In this document: positions 8,995 through 18,700 of the stretch, piece by piece | Layout: each line of letters opens with the position of its first letter | Numbering within the stretch: the first letter of the stretch is position 1 | Source of the DNA: Arachnia sp. | GTDB taxonomy: Bacteria > Actinomycetota > Actinomycetes > Propionibacteriales > Propionibacteriaceae | Assembly (NCBI GenBank): GCA_047602285.1 | Contig: JASGHR010000001.1 | Location: 1,326,638 to 1,390,637 of the forward strand | Reading direction: 5' to 3' | Length of the DNA stretch: 64,000 bases | Notes under the pieces: generated by a model | What the model was told of the DNA's origin: nothing | The model's database searches: none | Seen by the model: the letters and a program-made list of their open reading frames with translations, nothing else | Position numbers and translations under genes: made by a program

Positions 8995-9831
8995 TCACCT
9001 TCGTCTCGAATCCGTCCCCTCAGATGCCCGCGGTCCCCCATGATTCTCGCCCGGACCGTCAGATATGCCACCGGCACGCAGCAGTTCCACCAGGATCTCG
9101 TCGAGGGTCGCGACGGCCTGCGCCGTAGGCAGATCCACCGCGACGATGCCGTCCGCCCCATCTTCATACTCAAGCCCGACTGAACCGAGGGCTGAAACCA
9201 GCGCCTCATGCTGAGTCTCGTCAGAACAGGTGAGGACCCGAGTGTCGTGGCCGGCGCTGCGCACTTGGCGGACAACCAGCCTGGCCCCCATTCGAGACCG
9301 GACCTGCACCAGGTCGTACCGATGGAACCCCGAACGAGAGAACGGCACGCTCAGGATCTCGACGACGTCCTCCATGCCCGGTTCGTCGACTCGCCTCGCC
9401 CAGAGGTGCTCAAGAGAGTAGGGACGGCCCGGCATGAGGGCATAGGTCAGAGGGAAAATCCGAGGTCCGTCCTCCTGCGACACCTGCGGCCGAGCGTGGT
9501 TCAGCTGCCGGATAGGTTGCACCCAGCCGAGAAGCGCGTCCTCCCACGCCGCACTGAAGTCTGCTGCCGCCACCCGCCTCCCGGAACCGGTGGCCAGGAT
9601 CCGCGGAAGGTCGTCGATCCAGATGTCCGTCGTCTCGGGCGGCCTGGGCATCGGCGGCTCCCAGAACGCCGGCCGTGGCCGTGGATGCCCGTAGTCCACC
9701 ACCACATCAGCCCGATCGCCCTGCCGGTAGGCAATCACCCGCCGAGGTTCCCCGTCGATCAGCTCGACGAGGTAGCCAGACGGATCCTCCACCCCGCTGG
9801 CGACACTGACGAATTCCGATTCAGACGGCAT
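8995..9831 (-). CDS. hypothetical protein, C-terminal half DUF4265-like (immunity-associated)
   Basis: 278 aa. The C-terminal EHLWARRVD...ILSVPFSRSGFHRYDLVQV...SAGHDTRVL...AVDLP resembles DUF4265 as I recall it. It overlaps the upstream gene by 11 nt. Confidence 0.5.
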   Translation of the reverse strand: MPSESEFVSVASGVEDPSGYLVELIDGEPRRVIAYRQGDRADVVVDYGHPRPRPAFWEPPMPRPPETTDIWIDDLPRILATGSGRRVAAADFSAAWEDALLGWVQPIRQLNHARPQVSQEDGPRIFPLTYALMPGRPYSLEHLWARRVDEPGMEDVVEILSVPFSRSGFHRYDLVQVRSRMGARLVVRQVRSAGHDTRVLTCSDETQHEALVSALGSVGLEYEDGADGIVAVDLPTAQAVATLDEILVELLRAGGISDGPGENHGGPRASEGTDSRRR

Positions 9832-10582
9832 ATCCTGCCTTCCTCGTCGCGCTCACGATCCGCTCCGAGAGGGTGTGGATCGGCGGCCGCGCTGACGTGA
9901 TGCGCACGGCCCAGGCCACCCGATCAGATCGGGCATCCATCTCCACAACAGCACCGAAGTTCCTCAATTGGGCGACGCATTCGAGCTTGTCGAGCCCAGC
10001 CTCGTCGAAGCCCGCGGCTATCCAGGACGCGTTCAGGGAGTCGCGACGAATCACCTCCTTCACGACCGGCAGCCCCTCGCTGTCAGCCAGGACAACCCAC
10101 TGCCCGGGATACACGGTCGTGGTGTAGAAGGAGCTGGCGCACACCTCCATCTTCTCGTCGTCGATTCGCCGAGCAGGGATCTCCTCAAGGACGCCGACGA
10201 GCCCATGCCGCAAGTACACGAAGGTGTCGGCACGGTCTGCCCACACCGCCTCCGGGTGGGTCGACACAACCCACGTCCGGCGGGCGGCCTCTCTCCCGCG
10301 GCTCCACACAGCCTCGAACTCCTCCCTTGTGAGGAGATCTCGATACTCACCGAAGAGCGTTCCCTCCAGGAAGAAGCTGAGCGAGTCGGGCCCCTCACCC
10401 CAGAGGTAGGTCGGCCCGACATGTTCGCCACTCGACGAGACGTGCACCATGCCGTCACCGGTGAAACTCACACTCCGCGACAGACCTCCGTCAACCACCT
10501 CGTAGTACGAGGCCAGCACTCCAGTCCAGCGCGGCGGCCGGTACTCGACGAACCAAGAATCACCCGACGGCAACATCGTCAC
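9821..10582 (-). CDS. hypothetical protein (array member)
   Basis: 253-aa ORF with coding-like composition and a GTG start at 10582. Co-oriented and overlapping the next ORF. Confidence 0.5.
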   Translation of the reverse strand: MTMLPSGDSWFVEYRPPRWTGVLASYYEVVDGGLSRSVSFTGDGMVHVSSSGEHVGPTYLWGEGPDSLSFFLEGTLFGEYRDLLTREEFEAVWSRGREAARRTWVVSTHPEAVWADRADTFVYLRHGLVGVLEEIPARRIDDEKMEVCASSFYTTTVYPGQWVVLADSEGLPVVKEVIRRDSLNASWIAAGFDEAGLDKLECVAQLRNFGAVVEMDARSDRVAWAVRITSARPPIHTLSERIVSATRKAGYAV

Positions 10583-10874
10583 CGTCGCGCCGTGCCGACG
10601 AGCATCGGAGGGTCCGGAACGAAGCTGTGCAGCCCGTAGTCACCAACCGACATGTTGGTCACGAAGTCAGCCATCACACCCCTTCTACGTGAGCCATCCC
10701 CAGCGCTTCAATGCGCCGTCCACGGCCAGCCTATGGGTGCGCCGCTTCACGCGAGGGGGAAGCTGCACAGAGGGAACACACGTGCCCGGCCATAGTCGGT
10801 CAGCAGAAGCTCCGCACGCGCCGCTACCCGAGCGGTCGTCGAGATGGCTGCGCGCGACCGCTCGCGACGGGACT

Positions 10875-11291
10875 TCAACGCTCGTGTACCTCGACGGCAA
10901 GCTCCCCGCCCGCGACACGCGCAGACACGCTCAGGCCATCGAACGCAACGGTGAGTCCCGCAGCGCCACCGACCTCGTTGAGGTCCAGCACCGCCGAAGT
11001 CACAACCCGGCCCACCAGCCGGCACAACTCAGCCGACATCGGCGCCTGCTCCCAGAGCCCGACGCTCACCGCCAGCTCCCTTCGCTGGCTCGCGGACGCG
11101 CGAGCGAAAGGGTCGGACCACGGCTGTTCCGATAGTTCCAAAGTCCAGTCGGTCTTGACATCCACCGTCAACCAGGTGCCGTCATCCCACGTGAACTCGA
11201 TAGGGCCCGTCTCGCTCGCGGGCCCGCCTTCGAATCGGTGATGGAAGCGGCGAAGCGAGACGCAGCGGCGCCCTCGAAGCGAGTCAATCAA
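10875..11291 (-). CDS. hypothetical protein (array member)
   Basis: 138 aa. TTG start at 11291 overlaps the upstream stop (TTGA), so the start is uncertain. Confidence 0.45.
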   Translation of the reverse strand: MIDSLRGRRCVSLRRFHHRFEGGPASETGPIEFTWDDGTWLTVDVKTDWTLELSEQPWSDPFARASASQRRELAVSVGLWEQAPMSAELCRLVGRVVTSAVLDLNEVGGAAGLTVAFDGLSVSARVAGGELAVEVHER

Positions 11292-11455
11292 TGCGAAACA
11301 CCTCCGCTCAGCAGCGGCTGGGCATCCTCAGGATCGAACATCCCGGTTCGCAGTAGGCCGAGGAAACCCTCCGAGCGGTCATATTCCTGGTCAACCTCCT
11401 CGATCTGCCTCTGCAATAAACTCACAGTGGTAATCAGCCGCTTGGAGTCCGTCAC
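11288..11455 (-). CDS. hypothetical small protein
   Basis: The ORF was trimmed to the GTG at 11455, which forms a GTGA overlap with the stop of 11452-11658. About 55 aa. Confidence 0.35.
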   Translation of the reverse strand: MTDSKRLITTVSLLQRQIEEVDQEYDRSEGFLGLLRTGMFDPEDAQPLLSGGVSH

Positions 11456-11658
11456 AATCGAGTCGCCGCCTCTGCAAGCAGCCACTCAACGGCTTCGACT
11501 GGCACGTCGGCCTCAAACATCGTCACCGTACGTCGACCAGACTCGCCCTCCTCGAAGACCTCAGCCACCCGGAAGCCATCGCCCCTCGTGAGCTCGAGAG
11601 CCATTCCGTCCCGCTCGCCGACCGAGCTAGCAAGAATAAGCCGATATCCGGCGGTCAT
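11452..11658 (-). CDS. hypothetical small protein (immunity-like)
   Basis: ATG at 11658 is preceded by GGAGGTG at 5-nt spacing. The 68-aa translation starts MTAGYRLILASSVGERDGMALEL... Confidence 0.55.
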   Translation of the reverse strand: MTAGYRLILASSVGERDGMALELTRGDGFRVAEVFEEGESGRRTVTMFEADVPVEAVEWLLAEAATRL

Positions 11659-11806
11659 CGCAGCACCTCCGACCACCCCATGAAACCGCCATCGTCTTTT
11701 GATTCGCGTCCGACGCCCAGCGGAATCTCAGTTTCTGGCAGCCCTTCCGAGCGCGCCGGGCATCCGCACGCTGACCAGGTATACAGCTTGGTCACGAGCG
11801 AACCGT

Positions 11807-12754
11807 TCAGCCATACACTGGCGCGAGGGTGCCATCGAAGAGTCCTTCTATCGCAAGATCCCTCACGTCTGGATCACTACTCCTCAACGCCACCTCCCGA
11901 AGCTCGGCCCTGAACTCACGATGCCCCTGCGCCAGAAACTGCGCGCCACCGAAAACCCGCCAGTCATTCATATTGGCCGCCACCTGATCCATCAACACCG
12001 GAAGCAGGAACCTCTCCCGAGCATCGTATCCAATCCTACCCATAAGCACACTCACCCCACCGAGCCATCGATCTGACAACGACGCATCAACAAGGTCCTC
12101 CATAAGCGGAATAGTCACACTCGGCCCCAGCACCTTTAGCGCCGAGTAGGCCACAGAAGGCTCCTCATTCAGCACCTGACGCAGGAACGACACGACGCCG
12201 TCAAGATCCGACAACGCCTCCTCCCGCAAGCCGACGACCACCGACATACGATCAAGCGCCGAGGCAACCACGGACTCCACTGCCGAAGACCCATCCACCG
12301 GCCCCAAGGGCACCGACGACTCGACACCACTGGCACCTACGACAGCTCCCACACTCTGACGCACACCGTGATACCTCAGCACCTCACTTGCTCGCTTCTG
12401 AAGCTCAGGGTTCCCGACAGAAGCCTCCTCGACGGCCAACGCCAGCCCACTCTCCAACGTCGCACGAGGCGCAACACCGACCGCGAGGGTCGCCTCCGTG
12501 CCGTCTACATCAAGAACGGCCCTCGCAGCCAACAACGGAAGCAACTGCTTCACGACACCGCCGGGCGACAACATCGAAACCACCGCGTACAACGCATCCG
12601 ACGGCTGCTCCGAGAGCAGTCGTGTCAAGACACGCACACCCTCACTCGAATCAACCGTCCAGTCGGCCCTGCGCCGATAAAAGCCATCCAGAAGACCACG
12701 AGAGATCACACCAGCAGACTCCACCACTCGTACAATCGCTTTCACAACACACAC
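11807..12754 (-). CDS. candidate cognate immunity protein of the Rhs toxin (helical-repeat-like)
   Basis: This is the first ORF downstream of the Rhs stop (31-nt gap). About 315 aa, Leu/Ala/Val-rich with helical-repeat-like composition. GTG start at 12754 or 12745. Confidence 0.55.
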   Translation of the reverse strand: MCVVKAIVRVVESAGVISRGLLDGFYRRRADWTVDSSEGVRVLTRLLSEQPSDALYAVVSMLSPGGVVKQLLPLLAARAVLDVDGTEATLAVGVAPRATLESGLALAVEEASVGNPELQKRASEVLRYHGVRQSVGAVVGASGVESSVPLGPVDGSSAVESVVASALDRMSVVVGLREEALSDLDGVVSFLRQVLNEEPSVAYSALKVLGPSVTIPLMEDLVDASLSDRWLGGVSVLMGRIGYDARERFLLPVLMDQVAANMNDWRVFGGAQFLAQGHREFRAELREVALRSSDPDVRDLAIEGLFDGTLAPVYG

Positions 12755-12785
12755 CTTCCATATCGACGCAATCGGCGTCGAACCG

Positions 12786-15700
12786 CTACTTCTTGAAAGA
12801 TCTTTCCCATCGTATGGACATGATGGCCTGATCGAACTCGGAAACCATCAGTTCTCGAGTCGGATAAATCAGTATATGGCTAGAATCCTCAATAGTTGGG
12901 GCACTGACCCACTCCAAACCGGGCCCAAGATCCATGAGCGGAGCCTCCCAGATCCACCCGCTCGCCTGTATCATGTCCTTGTTCAGCGAGGCCGAAGCAC
13001 CCAGGATACCCGGATCCCCCGGCGCGAAGGGACCAACGATCTGACTGGCATCCTCCGAGGGAAGACCAAAATCCCTCATCGCACGTACCGGGCCAACGCG
13101 AGACGCGTTCCCGGCGCGATACATGATCTTACCCTCCATCTCTGCGTTACAGGATTGGATAGCGTGCCCCCGCGCCGCACAACGTTCTTCGTTTAGCCGA
13201 TCTCCAGATTCCTTCCACTGCTCTGCAAGACCGGCCTCATTCCAGATAAAGTCAGCCGCATCCGCCGCGTAGGATGCCAACCGGATATAAGGGTTAAGTT
13301 TGGGCAACAATTTAAGAACCATCGAGGGACCAAACCGCGGCCTCGCCGGCCTATTTGCGGGCCGCGTTTTCGGTTCTTGTACAGCTCGGGGCTTTACCGA
13401 CGGCAAATTTGCTTTTGTCTTCTCTATCTTTCGTCCACCAGTTGTGACGTAATGATTAGCGTCGGGGTTCTGGTGGTAGTTCCGAGGGTTGAGACCAGTG
13501 GCGTCATGCGAGTTGATCGGGTCCGCGGCCGTGTAGCCGTAGCCGTTCAACGTCTGTGTGTTCGCCGCATCCAAGACGGGATCGACGCTGAGGAACCGGC
13601 CCACCTTCGGGTTGTAGAGCCGCGCACCGGTCTGCACATACCCCGTCGTGGTGTCAGTCGGTCGGTCCAGATACGTGTGATCCGTCTGCCAGGTACCGAG
13701 CCCATCGATGCGGTTGCCGTACGGGTCGTGGTACCGCCACGTGGTCTTACTCAGATCACTCCAGTCGACGGCGACAGAAGCGGTACCCGTCTGATCGCCG
13801 TCGAGGGCCTGCAGCACCGCGGCCCCGACGCGCTGCGCCACAGACCTGCCGTTATGGCTGTAGAACCTCGTGCCGGTCTTGGTGCTCGTGCCGGTGAGCC
13901 TGAGCTCCCCCGCCGGGGTGTAGACCGTGCTGCCGTTCGGGTCCTTCCGCATCAAGATGCTTCCGCCGGCGCTGTACAGGTAGCTGGTGGTCTTCCCGCT
14001 CTTGCTCGTGCTCGCCACCTTGCCGAGCGTGTTCCACGCCAGCGACTCGGTGATGCCACCGGTGGTCGATGACGTGGTGTTGCCCGCGCTGTCATACGTG
14101 TAGGTGGTCGTCGTCCCTGTTCCGCCCGTGGGAGTCGAGGTCTGCGACGCAATCGCGTGCGCATGCCCCGTGACGCCCAGGGCATAGGTTGTGGTCGTGG
14201 TGGCCGCCGGGAGCTGCACCACCTTGTTCTTCGTCTCCTTGGTGCGCACCCCCGCGTCGTTGTGCGTCCACTGATGCCACATCGGCAGGAAGCCGTAGGT
14301 GGTGGAGGCCGTCGAGGACGGATTCGCCACGCAGTCGTCGTTGCTGGTCCAGGCATCCGTCAGACGGGCCCTGGTGTCGTAGCGGTAGCACATGGTGCGG
14401 ACCTTGGCCGGGCTATTGAAGTTCGCCGACTGAGCAGTGCGGACAATCTGGCCGGAGGCGTTTCGGACGTAGGTGAATGCCTGGATCTGCGGCCGGGTGG
14501 TCGCCCCGTTGAGGTAGGTGTTGTCGACGGCGAGGGTCTCCACGTTGTACGTGACGCTCTGAACGAGGCTGTCGCCCTCTCGCCCCACCGTCTGGGACGG
14601 GAGGCCGTGAGGTGTGTAGCTCGTCGAGTTCACGTACTTGTTCGTGCCCGTGGTCGCGTTCGGCAGGCCCTGGGGCGTGTAGGTGCGGGTCACGGTCTCC
14701 GCGGGCAGCCCGCCCAGCGCCGGGAGCGTCTGAGTGGCTACCTGGCCGGTGTTGGTGTAGGTGACCGAGGCGCTGTACGTGCCCGCGAGCGCTCCCTGGT
14801 TGGCGGGCACCACGAGGCTGCTGCCGGTGGGGCGCGCATAGGCGTCGTAGCCCGTGACCTTTTCGACGAACGGGTTCGCGGTGTCGCCGTCGATATACGA
14901 CTTCGTCTCGGTGAGCTGCCCCGGCTTGAGGGTGTCGAAGACCCACTCCCCGATCAGCTTGTCACCCGAACCACCGACCAGCTTGGTCATCCGGCCGAGC
15001 TTGTCGTAGGTGTACTTGAGAGTACCCGCGGTGCCGCGCGCATCGACGACGGTGGTCTTCTCCCCGAGATGGTTGTACGAAGTGTTCGTGGTTCCGGTGT
15101 CGGGATCGACAGCCTTGGTGCGCCGGCCACCTGCGTCGTAGGTGTAGTACCAGACTGCACCTATCGGATCGGTCAGCCTGACGAGCTGGCCGACGCCGTC
15201 GTAGGCGTAGCTTGTCGTGGTGAACGTGCCCCCGGAGACGACATTGCCGCTAACGGTGGGCGCAGTGACGTAGTCGAGCTTCTTGAGTGTCTGGCCAAGC
15301 CCGTTGACCACCGACGCCGTGATGGGCGCGGCTGCGGGCGGGAAGACCGTGGTCTGATCACCCGAGTAGACGGTCGTGGTACGTCGTGTCTCGGTGACCC
15401 CCTTGTAGGAGATGACGGTGGTCGGACGGCCCAGCGCATCGTAGGTGCTGGTGGTCCGGGAGTTGATGCCCGAATCGGCCGTGCTGATCCTCGTCTTAGC
15501 CGGATCCCCCGCCGTGTACCAGCGGTTGTTGGTGCGCACCGCCCAGCCGTGCGAGTCGTAGAACGTGTCGTCCACGATGCGTCCACCGCCGACGGCGCCG
15601 GTCTGCGTCTGGAGCAGCTGCCCGAAGGCGTCGTAGAGGGCGACGCTCGTCACCTGCGTCGGCGTCGTCCCGCTGATGGCCGTCGTGGTCTTGGTGGTGA

Positions 15701-18700
15701 TGGTCTCGTAGTCGGTGGGCGAGTTGGTGTAGGCGAAGGTCTGCGTCGCCGGGCCGCTCTTCGGGAAGCCCGGCTCCCAGAGGTCCGTGATTCTCCCCAG
15801 CGCGTCGTACGTCGCCTCGGTGATCCTGCCTGCGACGTCGACCTGCTTGAGGATCATGCCGTCCAGGTCATGGTGCGTCTCGGACGACTGCCCCAGCGCG
15901 TTGGTGACCGTGACCTTGGTCACGGGCCCGCCCGTGGCAGGCGTGTACGCGGTGGTGGACGTGCGGCCCGTGGTGTCGCTCGCCGACGTGAAGACGGTGC
16001 TGGTCAGCAACCGCCCGTAGGAATCGAAGGCCGCGGTGGACTTCGCCCACTCAGACGCTGCGACCGCCGTATCCGTGCGGGTCGGGTTGCCGATGCCGGG
16101 CACAGCTCCCAAGGTAGTTGAACCGTCGTAGTAGGTACGCGCCCCCGAGAGCAGCTTGCTGGTGGGCGCACCGCTGCTGGGACAGGCATCTGCGTATGTC
16201 GCCACCTCCGCAGGGGTCGCCAGGATGTTCCGTGATGTGTTCTCGGCATAGCTGGTGGTAGTACACGTCGATTCCGCTCCGCTGGCCAGCGTGGAGGCGG
16301 AGATCTCTCGTCCTCGCGCATCACGGGTATAGGTGACGGTCGAATTGAGCCACCCACCAGCCGCCGTGGCCGTGTAGCTGCGTTGCTTCGCCACCCCCGT
16401 CACACGGGCAACGAGCGAGCCGAGCCCGGTGCGCGCTCGGGTAGCTGTGGTGGCATAAGTCGCGAAGTCGGTGATGGTCTTCGCCGCCGGCGTGGTATCC
16501 GTCTCTTTGAGGAACGACTGCGACTCGTAGGCAGCGCCTGCGTACTGGTCGGAGTCGACGATCGTCTCCCCGCGAGAGTTCGTCACCGTAACGCTGCGGG
16601 TGCCCCCGGCCGAGAGCTTGTCACCGTTCATGCCACGTAGGTAGTAGGTCTTCGTCAGGGTACGGGCGTCTGCGGCGCCGTTCGATGAGTTGCTGGGATT
16701 CCCCGTAAGCGTGTTCACCTGGGCATAGCCGCGGAACTGGCTCCAGGTCCTCTCTCCGGCCTTCACCAGCTCGTTGTCGTCGAAGTGCCAAGCAGGGGTG
16801 CCCACGTACTGGTAGGTCGTGAGCTGGCCGGGTGACGCCGCCTGCGAGTCCTGCACCATCACCGAGGAGACGAGGTACTTGTGGAAGAAGTCGGTCTTCA
16901 TCGTGCCGTTCATGGGCCATCGGACCGGGAAGCAGCGCCGCGTGTTAGCCGAGAGATCTGTTGTGGACGGGACACTGCTCGCTGTGCAGTCCTTCGGCGT
17001 GTATGTCACCGACAGGATCGCGCCGTTCTCATCCTTGATCTGCACCAGACGCCACATCAGCATCCCGTGATAGCCCGAATACCCCGCCACGCGGTTGTCC
17101 AAGAGGTCTCCGCCGAATTCGACCGGGCCGCGAACGATGGATGCCCCCGAGGGGGTGTAGGTGGTGTGCTTGATCGATTGAAGCCACAGCGCGTCGTCAC
17201 CCAGGTCCGGATACGTCTGCGTCAGGTTCCAGACGTCACGCGTCACGAACGTACCCGCGGAATTACGCGCCTTGGTCGTGATGGCCGTGATCCGAAGCCG
17301 AGTCCAAAACGTGGGCGAAACAACGGTGCAAGCGCCATCGCCCTCACATCTCAGGTCCTGAGGGGTGTCCGGCCAGTGATCGGCGTTGGCGGGCGTGAAC
17401 TGGAGCGGGTCACAGGTGAACGAGGAGCTTGGAATGCAGCGCTCGGCGGCCGTGAACACCACCTGCGCCTCGGCGACCGTCCCGTAGACAGAGCCGCCGC
17501 TGTTACGCAAACCGTAGTCGATGCGGCTGGGCACACCGCCCCTGGTGTAGGCGACGCGAGACGTGCCGAGATTGGCCGAATAGTGGTTGGTCTCCTTCGA
17601 GTAGTAGTAGGCCATGGCGTTGCCGTGGACGTCCTCCACGTAGTCGAGATTCCATCTCCAACCCTGAACACAGCGCGAGGAAGCGAAGCCCGACGACGAG
17701 TAGCACGGGTCACCGGCGTGCGCTCCGTAGACGGGGACCGTCCACGTAGCACCGGTGAGCGTCTGATCCGTACGGCCCGGCAATGCCTCGGAGCCGAAAA
17801 GGTACTTCGTCCCATCCGGGGTCGTCAGCCGCCAGTGCTCTCCATCCTTGGCCCCGCTCGGCGCGCCGGTGAGGCGCTCGACACGGGTGCCATCGTCGGC
17901 GCGGAGCTTCCATACCCCGCTTGCGTCGTCTCGTACGAGCTCCCCCGAGTGCCCTCCGAAGTTGAGGAAAAGCGCCTCGCCCGCCCAGCACAGGTCTGCC
18001 GTGTTGCCGGCACCACCAGCAGGGTGGTCCTTGCACGTGACGTAGCGCCGCTCGATGAAGCCGGCTTCGTAGGACCAGCCTTGGCCGATCAAGCCCGGCT
18101 GATTGTTCGACGAAGCCACTCGTCCATCGACGACGGAGGACGAGTAGGTCAGCGCGACGTCCGGAACGAGCCCTCCGGTGAGACCCAGCGACGGAACACC
18201 CAGGGGATAGGCCCAGGTGAAATCACCGGTAGAAGACCCCGCTGACCACGATGACGACGGCGCAAGAGGCTGGGCTGCAAACGAACCCGACGCCCCGTCA
18301 ACGCCTGCCGCCACCGCAAAGACAGTGGCCCCGGCGCCTGCACTGCTCTTGGGGAGCGCAGCCACCAGACTCTTCTCGTCGCCCTCTCGGCTCGTCTCCA
18401 GAGACTTGACCGGCACTGAGCACTCGGGATCGTCGGGGCTCGTCGCGTAGCAAGACGGCAGCTCGACCACTCGCAGTCGGTCCTCAGCGGCCGCAGCGAA
18501 ACCCGCATCAGCCAGGGCCGCCGTGTCGATACGAACCTCGGCGCCCTGAGGGGCATCGACGGTGAACGCGAGCCCCACTCCTCCGGCGTCGATCACCTCC
18601 GCTGTGGGCAGCACCTCGACCTTCGCGGACTCCGGACCCCTCAGCTCGATGGGTGTGCGTCCGGCCCGCACCCACGCCTTCCGGCCCTTGCTACCGTCCG

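Noticed and set aside
2952-12754. Orphan rhs C-terminal toxin fragments (displaced toxin tips) among the downstream ORFs.
   Set aside because: I scanned all minus- and plus-strand translations in the array for Rhs core-end motifs (PxxxxDPxGL, YD repeats) and found none. The larger ORFs (253 and 278 aa) look like immunity-type proteins rather than toxin tips.
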